Positions 1 through 11,520 of a DNA stretch of 64,000 nt are shown here, in pieces. Below the pieces are notes generated by a model. The model was not told the origin of the DNA, did not search any database, and saw nothing but the letters and a program-made list of their open reading frames with translations. Every line of letters starts with the position of its first letter. Within the stretch, counting starts at the first letter, position 1. A program made the position numbers and the translations under genes. The stretch covers positions 14,352,633 through 14,416,632 of the forward strand of contig OZ037769.1 of the NCBI GenBank assembly GCA_964035545.1. Reading direction: 5' to 3'. Source of the stretch: Bugula neritina (taxonomy: Eukaryota; Animalia; Bryozoa).

Positions 1-780
1 AGAAAGCCTAGCGCTTATCAAATGCTATAACAGACAGGGCAAAGCTTTTTGCTACTTGAATTCTTATGACATGATACATTGCCTGGCATTGTGGAGGGAT
101 TAAATAACTCCATTAGCTTTCGGAGAGTCAAAGGCAAGGCTTAACTATATGCTATAATACATAAACTGAGTTACCATTAAAGCTGCAACTTCAAACTTTA
201 AATAATTTTAAGAACTAATTAATTGGATGCTGAAGTATAAAAAAAAAATTGCAGTATGCATAGGAAGGTTGATGAAGCAAAGCAGCAATTTCCTGAAAAC
301 AAATCAAGAATTTAGTCTGCTTAAAAAATCCTCTTGCAGTATTCCAAGTGTTATAGTCCAAGCGTTATAGTTGAATAGCTAAACTCTATAGTGCCTGTAG
401 GTGTGCAAAAGTGTGTTTGTGTAAATATCATTAACTTATATGAGGCTCTGCAATGTTATATTTTTCCTTTAATCAAAATTATGTTACACTGCTCTAATGA
501 ATAGTTCCAATATTCCAATAAAAATAATAAATGCTAGACTGTAAAAGTAATGATGCTTAGAGTGGTCTAGTATGTCACTGCAGTTCAAGCTAACTAGGGG
601 TCAGTGTTATTGAATTTCAGTTGCAAATATGTGATAATCTAAAAAATCGAAATATCTCTTGCATGGACAAATAATATCATGTCGTTGAAGTGAAAAGAAA
701 GAAAATATTATGTCAAACTACATGATATAAGGATCTGAGTACAGCTAAAATCGATCCAATTCATTAATTGACTCACAAAC

Positions 781-960
781 CTTTCCGAAAGCATTTCTGT
801 CTCCCCCTCCAGCAGGATTCAAGTGACCCACACCATGCCACGTTGACCTGTCACATGGGTTCACCACCTGGTCACCGTTTGGGATGAGTTCTTGGAAGAA
901 TTTGTAACCAGCAGCTACAGAAATAAGAAGTATCACTGTGATAAAACTACTTGACTTCAT
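781..960 (-). CDS. Temptin-like secreted protein (temptin Cys/Cys domain), first coding exon; remainder lies left of the window
   Basis: Signal peptide MKSSSFITVILLISVAAG followed by YKFFQELIPNGDQVVNPC..WHGVGHLNPAGGGDRNAFGK, the IPNG..V..PC...W.GVGH.N..GGG.RN.FG temptin signature. Donor AAG|GTTTGT at 781/780. The expected next exon (D.DGDG..NG.ELGDP motif) was not seen in 1-780. Confidence 0.85.
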
Positions 961-2183
961 CTCTTCTTCATGAAGCTAATATAGTTATGAACTAAATGCA
1001 ATGCTTAGCTTGTGTGCCTACAAAGAAAATTGAACTTGTAGTGAGGACCACAGTCTTATCTATTTCTGTTGTAGGCTACAGCAATAGATAAGGTTAGTGA
1101 CTATGTAAATAAGCCTTAGCAATGTGATGCAATTGATCTGGAATTGGTTTGAGGCCTCTTTCTAGCTACCCTAACAACTGAGCTGTTCATGGAGAAGAAA
1201 TTCAGAGCTAACATGATTGATTGGTATATGCTTGGCATGCCAGGTGAGAAATCTCACGCAATTTTCACAAGATCATCGGACTGCAAACACATTCAAGTTT
1301 TGAAATGTATAGAGCTCATGTACAATGTTATAGAAAATGATGTGAAATATTTCACTTTAATTAGCAGCACGCTTTTGTTGCCACTTTTCACTAGCTAACA
1401 AATTCAATTAAAATAAAAGAAAATAATTGTGATAATATTATATCTTACATTATATTTCCTAAATTTCACAAAGTTCTTCCTTACTATAATTTGCTCAACT
1501 CTGTTATTAAGTTCCAGCTCAGTGTAAATGCCTGCAAGACAGCAAGATTTCCCAACTAAAATTTAAAATCTTTGCTATTTTGAAATACAACAGAGTACAA
1601 TAATAGTCAATTAATTGCATGTCGTTTTATTTTAAAAAAGCCCAGCATAAAGCATTGCTGCGAAGCTATTCATAATATTTTCACAAAAGCGTTACATAAA
1701 CAATTAAAATAATTTTTTGAAATTTTTAAAGTTACATGCATGCAATTACTCAGCGTTATATTTCATAAAATTTAAATTTTCCCAACTATAGTTAAATGCA
1801 TGTTTTATCGCCTAATATAGCTCATATTTTTGCGCAAAAAATACCCAACCAAAATTCATAACACCATATATTATATAATTCATTTAATTTGTTTTATTGT
1901 AACTTTTTGCCTTGACTTATAAAAATGTTATTCTGGTTTGCCTGAGAAAGTGCTCTGTAAAGGTGACAACTCCCGACGTGGCTACTATACCCTGCTAATA
2001 GTAGTTAGCCTACAATATTTAGTAAGGAAGAAGTTGTAATGTGGCAAATAAGGCGCATAACTACGTGATGCTGCAAAATGATTAGTCTATGCCAGCCAAT
2101 CACATTATAAGACCAGTTTGACCATGGACTGAAGTAGCAGTAGAAGCATTGCACTATAAGATTTAGCTTGTTTCATAATCATA

Positions 2184-2963
2184 ATGATTGTCACAAACTT
2201 AGTAGTAGTAATATCCACACTGTTGGTAGTACCAGCATTTGCTGCTATTATTTCCGATTCAAAATCTGTGCAGCAAGAAATCTTTAGCTATGACCTGAAA
2301 ATTCGAATTCTAGAAAGACGAATCATGTCTGAATGTCCAGCAGGAACCACTTTGCAACCTCCTCAGTCGAAAGGGATCTCAGGAAGTCTAGACGATCAGC
2401 TACAGGCAAAGAAATTAGCCTACTCGGCGTTGTGGAGTCAATTGCTGACTTGTCACAACGACAACGTTAAACACGACTTGTCACCCACCATTCCGACCAC
2501 CACAACTCCTCTGCCAACCACCATTCCTCCACCGACACCTCTGGAATGTCTAACCGCTACCAACTTCACACAACCTTGGAGACGAGATCATAACGGCAGT
2601 AACGTCAAACCGGGAGGCCCTCATTCACGGAAAGGATATGCCTGTGACGTACACAACGACACTGCGTGGTTTCGCTTCACCAGTGAAGCAGGCAACAAGA
2701 TGTTAGACTCCTGTCCGGCTTGGCGAAGCTGTGGTGGTGAATATTCGTACTGGAGTGGAGATAAAATGCCTACGGAAGTCGGAGTTGCCAAGTTTGTAAA
2801 GACGTCATACACGTTAGAGAGTGGAAAGTGCAAAGAATCGGTTTGGCCAATGGAAGTCATAAGATGCTCTACTGATTCAGATCATGACTTTATTTATAAA
2901 ATGTATTATAGAAACTCTGCTGCCAATCATACTTGCTCTATATCATTCTGTGGCATGGTGTAA
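2184..2963 (+). CDS. Intronless secreted protein: signal peptide, helical N-domain, Thr/Pro linker, UMOD/GP2/OIT3-like D8C domain (paralogue 1)
   Basis: 259-aa ORF; hydrophobic N-terminus; motifs ECL...PWR, YACD...WFRF...AG.KM..SCP...SCG...W....P..VG, V..C...FIY...C..FCG typical of D8C; AATAAA at 2979-2984. Confidence 0.85.
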   Translation: MIVTNLVVVISTLLVVPAFAAIISDSKSVQQEIFSYDLKIRILERRIMSECPAGTTLQPPQSKGISGSLDDQLQAKKLAYSALWSQLLTCHNDNVKHDLSPTIPTTTTPLPTTIPPPTPLECLTATNFTQPWRRDHNGSNVKPGGPHSRKGYACDVHNDTAWFRFTSEAGNKMLDSCPAWRSCGGEYSYWSGDKMPTEVGVAKFVKTSYTLESGKCKESVWPMEVIRCSTDSDHDFIYKMYYRNSAANHTCSISFCGMV

Positions 2964-4999
2964 TTGTTATTCATACGAAATAAAATCTGTTTTTTTCTGC
3001 CGTAAACCTACTATTTGAAAAGATTTATTAAAAATTTCACCTAATCATTCATTTATTGTAAATATTACTGGACTACGACTGTATAGGTGTGAAATTTCAG
3101 GCAATGATCATTCTATTTGTGTAAAACTGCAGTTCAACTTTAAATTCAAAATCATGCAATCAACATCTGCATGGAATAAATGGGAAAAGATTTGGCTAAC
3201 CAAAATATGTTCTTTACACATAATGTTGGGGTCAAGATGAAAAGTTAGTTTGGAGCAAGATCAATGTTTGAGGCATGACATACTTTATCATTCATAACAC
3301 AATGTCAACTCATGCATATAATAAAGATTTGGAAGCAGTAAAACAACTGGTGATTATAAGACAAATTTATGAAATTATCATTCAAACTAGGTGAGAGGAG
3401 ACAGGTGTGATAGCATGGGCTTTATGTCACCCAGTTGAACTCCTTGTTAATTGAAACTATAGGCCTGCATGTTTTGTATAACTACAGAATAGAAACCTAG
3501 TAAAATTGTTATATTTGACAGTGTAAGCTCTTGCTGTATGCCATAATATGGCTAAATAATAAGATCAGATGTTAATTTAGTCTATATATGTTTATAGTGA
3601 AAGATCTGCATGGGATATGACTGCAGAGTTAATGGTATAAAATAATAAAAACTCACAAAGTCAATTATGTAAGATTTTCTGTAAGATAGAGTGAGTTCTC
3701 AATGCACTACATTCAGCTTTCGAGGAGCTGAGTTGACTCCACATCTCTAAGAAATGAAATGAACTTGGCTATGATTGTCCTTCATTGAAGTACAATAGCC
3801 AAAATGTCATAAAAATAAAACAAACAGGCTTTAAATTATTGTTTTTTAAATGAAGGTTTCATCTACAATAAAAAAGTTAGTTTAGTTTTAAAATTTCAAG
3901 CTAAAGATATAATAACTTCAGCCAGATATCGTTTAGTAACAAAGGAATTGAAATATAAAATTATAAATGTTTAAATGCTGCATTTATTATTAGCACTATA
4001 ACAATATCTAGTGGTATGTTAGACTTGTGAATAAACTTAGTTTAAAGTGAGCTAATAAATTTGGAAAATTTTGCAATAAAAGAATTCAAACTGTCACAAT
4101 ACATTATGTTATATAGTATAATATCATAGATTTACTATAAATGAAGTGAGAGGATAACTTCAAGGAAATCAACTAAGGTGCCTCAGGTAATGGTAGAGAA
4201 AACAACCATAATATTATGTAATTCAAACAAGTTATAAATTAAATATTTAAATCACATAAATATAAAAATTTAAAAAGCATAAGACAAGAATTCATGTTAT
4301 CGAGGATATGTGTTAATAGAAAATTGGATCTAAATTGGGAACTTGCTTGCTAGAAAAAATACCTAGCAAAGCTACTTTATATCACAAGTGCATGTTGTTT
4401 GTGCTAAAACAATGTCATCAGAAAAGCAGATAAAGTGCTTGGCGTATCTAACTTCCTCTGTCATTTTGGATGTATAACAGTTTTTTATAGTTAGTTTTTA
4501 AAAATTATATTAAGCAATTCAGGCAGGTGAAAGATGCACAAGTTTTAGGATTAAAACATCAATTGTTATCAAGGGTCTCAGAATTGCTACATATGAAAAG
4601 CACATATAGGGTAGTAGCTACACGTTCTCAAATCTATATGAATATTTCTACAATTTTGACCTGTAGCATTATTATGGAGCAGTGGTATTTTGAGAGTTAC
4701 CATCAGTTTACAGTTTCTGGACTGGCTTCACTGATTTATTGTATACTTGCAAAAAATTAACCAACCTTTCTACCTTGTATAAGCATCATGAAACTGGAAA
4801 TCAAGGTTAGAAAAAAAACTTGATTGCAAGCTAAAACGTTGGCAATCAATAAAATCAGAATTCCAATATGTACAAAAATTGCATCACAAAGTTATTGCTA
4901 CTAGTTTGTTCTCATTCAAGTGATCAAAGTATAATTTCAAATAGTAAATATTGCATGTATGTAAGCCAATAAATACAAAATTATACCTGCATAAATGAG

Positions 5000-5260
5000 A
5001 ATATTGCATAATTTGTCCAAACTCGTTGATTACAATAGACCAAAAGGTTGCTTTTCTGCTTTAGATAATAATAAACGCTGGTGCCCTTTAATACATGCAA
5101 AATGTAATGGGTATTTACGAAGAGATAAAAATGTTATAATAACATTTCAACGAGCACGTTCTTTTCTTTTTTTAAATATGACCGGAAAAGGTTTCGAGAG
5201 TGTGACTCAGTGTCAGTATAGTCTCTTGACAGTGACACAACTAAAAGTAAACCATTGATT
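5000..5260 (+). promoter_or_regulatory. Candidate MINDY promoter / non-coding first exon
   Basis: Local CpG-bearing patch with an ETS-like ACCGGAA at 5181-5187, followed by the ACT/TAG low-complexity tract that follows other TSS-like patches in this window. Inference only. Confidence 0.3.
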
Positions 5261-5385
5261 GACATCATTGAATTAAAGCCAAAGATTATAATTTGTGCTT
5301 GGGCTGAGTTATAATTACATAGATGAATCATATATATTAACTTTTAGTTTTAGGCAAGACTTGAACTACAATTTCATGTTCATAT

Positions 5386-5660
5386 TGAACTACTACTACT
5401 AGTAGAGTAGACACTGACAGTAGACGTAGTACACTTAGCCTTACAGGTACTACTACTACTAGACTACTACTACTACTAGTAGACGTAGTACTACTACTAC
5501 TACTAGTAGTGGTAGTAGTTCAGTGTGTGTTACTAGTACTAGTACTACTACTACTATTAGTGGCAGTACTCTCAGTCTCATTATTGATTATGTTCTGCTA
5601 CTACTAGTACTACTAGTTGAGTAGTAGTAGTAGTAGTAGTACACTGTACAGTACTAACTC
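5386..5660. repeat. (ACT)n/(AGT)n low-complexity tract with strand switches
   Basis: Runs of ctactactac and gtagtagtag alternate through ACTAGT/AGTACT junctions. Confidence 0.85.
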
Positions 5661-6537
5661 TAAGTACTTATAAACATAGTTATTGTTAATGTTATTGTAC
5701 TTATTTTAATTTATAATAACAATTATTATTATAGTCATAATGGTTGCGATTAGTAACACTAACTGGATCCTTTAAAGAATCCCTGACACACTTTACTTAT
5801 ATAGCATGAAAATATTCATCTATATCTTAGCTATCAATTAAGCATTCCTTTAAGGGTGGATGGCTATACTATTTCATTTTATAACAACTTTAGTGCATGC
5901 ATGTCCAAAAAACTTTCGGATTTCTAAGCTCTCAGTGCACACGTATTACGCCGGTTTCCGGTTGGCTTCGAGTCCTAGTTACTATATAACTAATAGTAAT
6001 AATTGCATACTTTCGCAGCGTGTTATTTTTAGCCACTGCAACACACAGATAAATCACTATACTGACATAAATTTTAAAACACAGAGTACAACAAATGCTC
6101 AATGAAAAAAACAAATGATACCATTTTATTATTGATATTAGAAGCTAAAGTTACTTCCGTTAGAAATTTTGAGCATCGGAAAAATGAAATAGCCTCACCC
6201 TCACGATGTAATTAGAACGGGTGGCTAAGTACGGTGATAACACGATATTGTTACAAGAAATTAGCTAAATCCAACGAGTGGCAAACTTTTATATAAAACA
6301 TTACAAATAATTGCATATTCAATTATGTAACTTATTACGCTTCCAAATAGATTATCATTACCGTAACCGGATACTACCAATATAACCCGTGCCTAGTAGT
6401 ACTACTACTAGTAGTAGACTAGTAGTCGCTCGCTATCTATATAAATTCGATTTCATATTCATATTCATATTGCCATTGGACTCTAATGAACAAACTTATT
6501 ACCTATATTACTAGTTACACTTGCACTTACTGTCGAC

Positions 6538-7965
6538 ATGACTACACGAATGGCTTCAAGTTCTAAAGGCAAATGCAAAAGAAGAGTGTGTGAAGCTGCA
6601 ATGTGTTCGTACAAGGAAAAACACATGTTTAAATGGCCTGCTGATACTCATACTGTGTGTGGTGAAAAATGGACCAAGTTTGTCAATACGAAAAGAAAAA
6701 ACTTTCTGCCTGATAACAACTCTCGTTTGTGTTTTCAGCATTTTGGTGATGAACAATTTACAAATATGGGTATGTATAAAGCAAAACTCATTAACATGTA
6801 AGTGAATAACTCACTCAAACTCATAGTCATAGTGATACTGACTTAGTGATTGTGATAGAATTAGACGATAATGATAGTTTTTTTAATGTTGATTTTTAAC
6901 AATAAGTATAACTATAACTATTAAGTATTACTACAAGTTGGTATAAGTCAATAGGATTGTCATGACCGTGTTGATTCAATTTCATGTGACTATGACATAA
7001 ACTTGCAAGTACAAGTTTGCATTTATGATTTACACGATAACCATTATTGTAAGGAAATTTATTTATAATGGCGATAAAATGAAAGACTTATGATTATCAG
7101 AATGTGTCATAGTCACTTGGATACATACCATTAATATTATGATTCATACGCACTGATACTCATGCTATGAGTATGATACTAGTAATGGTGCCCATCATCA
7201 ATACCAGTAAAAATTAATGGTAAATATTGTTCACTTAGCTTATTGAAAGAATAAAAATTCATTGTCTTTGATTTACTCTTTAGATTGCATTTAGAGAAAA
7301 CAGCAGTCCCAACTATTCATTTAGTGGAAACTGAGGGTGCAACTGGATGCACTCCATTAACTCCTCGGAAACAAAGTCAGCAGGCGGCCACTATCACACC
7401 TAAAGAAGCTCGCTGGTTAAAAAGATCAAACCCTGGTTTTCTGTAAGGATTATAATATTGAAAATGCGATCTTGAGCAATAAAATTGAAATATGATATAG
7501 ACAGCAATTGAGATTTTCTGCAGCTGTTTCAATAATACTTTTCCATTTACCTTCATATATAATAATATTTTAGAGCTTTGCCAAGTCAAACTAAAAAACC
7601 AGCTCTCAATCTTAAGCCAGAAAAGAAGGGCCTACAGAAAGGAATAGGACACAATAAATATGTGCAAACACCTAAAAGGATGCAGAAAAAGATTAGAAGC
7701 AAAGCTGTTCAATGCTGGTATATAGAAATATGGCGAAATAGTATTGTTCACTTAGCTCAAAAACTGAATTCATAGCTTTTCTCCATATTTATTTTTATTT
7801 AAAATGCATGTTCTAATGCAACAACAAAAAAAACAAATATTTTTGTGTAATGGAAATAATATTTTTAATTTTCCACCTAAAGGTGTGTCAAAAATAAATT
7901 TGGACAATATATCTACTTGTAGTCTCAGTTTCCATTGAAATGTAAATATTCGTTTTCACTGTAGA
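6538..7965 (+). CDS. THAP zinc-finger protein (~187 aa) inside the Kolobok element; exons 6538-6797, 7284-7442, 7574-7717, stop probably formed on splicing to 7965
   Basis: C2CH motif CEAAMC..FKWP..W..LCFQHF; exon 2 supplies the THAP AVPTI box (LHLEKTAVPTIH); phase-2 GT-AG junctions are consistent; exon 3 ends RSKAVQC. The 3' end is uncertain. Confidence 0.8.
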
Positions 7966-8451
7966 GCAGCTGTATGTTTGGTTTTGTTGGTACTTTATTA
8001 GAGCCATAAATAGCAATGTGAAAACAATAAATAGCAATAAATAAAACAATATATTGGTAAAAATATGTAAAAAGTTATACTATGTCACAAAGTTTCATAA
8101 AAACAATATTGTTATATTATATTATATTACATTGCATAAGATATTCTAGTGTACTAGGAATATTGCAATACCTGATTGCTCTACATAACTAAGTAGTGAA
8201 GTAAATTCTATTTGTTGAATCAAAATTCAAGCATTGTAGAATATGATCTTAGAGTCACTTGAAAAGTTCAGCGCAAAAATAGTCACTATATTGAAGTATA
8301 TTCACCATTATTGCAACTCAAACTCAACGGTAAATTAATTTCAAAGGTCAGGGAGATTGCAAATAATGAGGTTTATTCTCATAGTAAGCTGTACACACTA
8401 CAAGAGGCAGTAGCAACTGACTGCTACTAAAAATCACCAGAGTGTTAATGT

Positions 8452-10164
8452 TCATAAATCTTCATTGTACACGAATTTGCTGAACATCCATTCAGCAAAT
8501 TCTTCCTCATCACCAGTTGGGGGGAATGTAGCTTGCACCCAATCATATAAGCAAGCTGGTAAAGGGCGTCTCACCTTTTTTAATATCTGGAAACAGCCAG
8601 AACACCAAAAACCGGTAGCTGCAGAACCTTTTTATAGTGTTGAGAGAATGGGCCTTCTCATCAAACAAATCATCTACCAAAATAAATGATTGACTAAATA
8701 ATCAAGTAAGACTATCTAGAAAAACTAACAATGACAGTTACTGATATACAGTAGCAATTGACTAACCATGATATCTCAGGTAGCTGCTGTATGCAACTTC
8801 TAATACAGCTGGTTGCGTCAATTGCTGTACTCCCGGGTGCTGTGTTATACATTCCATGCTGCTATCTAATCGAAGGTTTGCAGCATGATCACGGCAACAA
8901 ACAGACTGTTCCACTGTAGGCTGATTTTGGCAGCGGTGGCAAGTGCACCACTCCGTGGCTGGCCTTATATTTTTCTACAAAACAAACAAGCTTTTCTAAA
9001 AACGTTATTACCAGTATCATCCACATTAAGTCCATTAATTACTGTGTCTAAATTTGTTTCCTGTATTTTTCTTTGTATTGAAAATTGAGTCCAATGAGGC
9101 TGAAGTTTGAAAATACTTTAAAATCATGGGTTTTAAAATATTCCAAGTTTGCATTACTGTTCAAACTATTTTTATATTTATAGTTGAAAATTAATTAGAT
9201 TTTTTATATTAAAACAAACTCATAATTTTTGCTATGAAATAAACTAATTTTCAGAGATTTTAAAATATTTTATTGTTGTTAGTACTATATGTTATACTAT
9301 AAAAGCAGAAATTCAGAGAAATAGGGGGCTTAGAAATAAAATACTAAATGCTATCATCGTGAATGCAAGTTTGACATGATTATGTATGTGATTAACTTAT
9401 TTTGTTAAGGATCGGTATAACCACAATTACAATAAAAGTGAATAATAATTATCATTATTATGCATTTATAAAAATACAGTCTTTCCCTTGACTTAAATTA
9501 TCAGGTAAATCTAACTACAAATAATTAATACTAATACCTGTATTGGTAGTAGTAATAACAAAATTAGTATTGATCAAATATTTAATTACTTGACTGGAAT
9601 TTGTAATCATTAAATTTAATGATTATCACTTTATTATTAATAATATTATATAAACCGATAGCAATCATCAAATATTTAGCTTGTAATTTGATATCATGCT
9701 TGCTCTAAAGCTTTAGTAGCACAAAACTCAGCTATATTAACTAATTAAGCCAGGATCAATACGAGCATTGGCATTGAGCATTGGAATTACGATTACAAAA
9801 TGAAAATGAAATATTATAATTATAATAATTTATAACTTATACTAGCTTATACTTATAACTTAAAGTTAAAGTATTACTATTAGTATTAGTATTAGTATTA
9901 CGGTATTAGTAACACTATAGTTTATAAAATTAAATCGTACTGATACTGTAAAATTATAAATATTATCACCTGTTGCTCATCAGTAACAGTAAAATCCTTG
10001 TCATGACTATCATCTCCATTTTCATCTTGATACGTAAACGGCTCAAACTGATAGCCCATTACTTCAGAAATCTCAGTGACAGCGTGAGTGTGATTGTCAT
10101 AGTCATACTCATTGCGATTCTCACTGTGCTCTAAGTATTCTTCGTCAGAGCCAGATATGTTCAT
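8452..10164 (-). pseudogene. KolX / P2X7 intracellular ballast-like Zn-cysteine protein (~208 aa), exons 9970-10164, 8767-8974, 8452-8673; 2-nt frameshift near 8570
   Basis: Exon 1 acidic with GYQFEP; exon 2 WCTCHRCQNQPTVEQSVCCRD...ECITQHP; exon 3 RFCSYRFLVFWLFPDIKKG/(shift)/RPLPACLYDWVQATFP..DL*. Splice phases 0 and 1 are consistent; spliced length 625 nt is 2 short of a multiple of 3. Confidence 0.85.
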
Positions 10165-11520
10165 ATTGATATCGTATTTATGTTATTTCTGTATTAGGTT
10201 TATCTTTATCACAATTACACTGCACAGACTCGGACACGGTAAGTTGGTAGCTATGTATTTATTGCCGCGAAATTTGTTTATGAAATAAAACCTAAATTCC
10301 ACAAAAAAATACTAATTGGGGGGCTAGACAGACGTCCGATAAATTAAAAATGCTAAAACTAAGGTTACATGCAACGGAAAATATAGCCTATACTTATTTT
10401 CCGAATGTCTTACAGGCGGCGTTTCCATCTATTTCTCGCAACTGCGGTGTAATACGTCACAGAAGGGCGAAAAAAATTCTCGAAGTTTTTTGGACATGCA
10501 TGCACTAAAACTGTTATAAAACAAAATTGCTTAGACCTGAAACCCTAAAAGAGTGTTAAAATGATAGCTAAGACATAGATGAATATTTTCATGCTATATA
10601 AGTAAAGTGTGTCAGGAATTCTTTAAATCACACTATAAACTAGTCATTTAATTTTATCATTATCAATGTCATTATGATTATGATAAAATGATTAATGAAT
10701 TAATTATTTACTATTACTATTAGTATTTCATAATTTATTGTTAGTAAATGTTGATATTGTCATTGTGTAATTGATTAATTCTCAATCTGATTCCGACAGC
10801 ATTTAATTATTTATTTAAGATATGTGATAATATAGATATGAGAATAATAATTATTATTTATAAAAAATGTTGTTTTTAATACTAATTATAATATCAAATT
10901 CATTATATGCTAATTATTTGTGTAAAACTAAGAGTAAGTAGATTTACTCCTAGTCTTAGTGATCATCAGGGATCACTCTGGGGTATTATTAGACTATCAT
11001 TACCAGTACCTTAAGTAGTTTAACTATGAGTATCACTATTTCATATTATAATAACTTTAGTTTATCTAAATTTTAATACCTATGCTGACAGTAGATATTT
11101 AATATTAGCTAAACTAATACATGATCTTATACTTGTAGTTATAGTTTGTGATCATATTCATAAATTTGATAATGATGGCTATTTTTAGCAATGTTAATCC
11201 TAGTTATGGTTGCCCCTAGTTCCACTTAATTTTATAGTTAGCAGTTTTGCATCCATTTTTATGGTGCACGTATCCATATGCTAAAAAGAAATTCCAGTTA
11301 TACAGCATGTTTTTTAATCATAAAAATTAGATTGAACATCAATTTTTACAATCTATGCATTTTAGACATTTAGAAATAGTTTTAAGTATCTACTCAAGTG
11401 AAACTTTACTTGGGTAAAACTTTGTTGCAGTTTTGAAATTTAAGGTTTTTGTTTGTTGCGCAAGCCATTGAAGTGCTTTGAATTTTAAATATTTCCTCAA
11501 CGATTAGGTGATTGCTTAGT

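Larger units (their letters stand above)
5776..10622. mobile_element. Kolobok-type DNA transposon, non-autonomous (THAP gene + KolX-like gene, no DDE)
   Basis: TTAA at 5772-5775 and 10623-10626; termini AG...CT; imperfect TIRs of about 170 bp (left AGAATCCCTGACACACTTTACTTATATAGCATGAAAATATTCATCTATATCTTAGCTATCA; right reverse complement AGAATTCCTGACACACTTTACTTATATAGCATGAAAATATTCATCTATGTCTTAGCTATCA, with a second block TAGTGCATGCATGTCCAAAAAACTT). TTAA TSD, RR..YY ends, THAP and a second gene fit the Kolobok superfamily. Confidence 0.88.

Noticed and set aside
8570-8584. Programmed ribosomal frameshift at the A-run in the KolX-like gene
   Set aside because: The AAAAAAG is not phased as X XXY YYZ in the upstream frame, the required shift is +1/-2, and motif spacing is restored by adding 2 nt.
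5776-10622. piggyBac or P-element assignment
   Set aside because: TTAA fits piggyBac but the ends are AG..CT rather than CC..GG and THAP is present; P elements have THAP but 7-8-bp TSDs.
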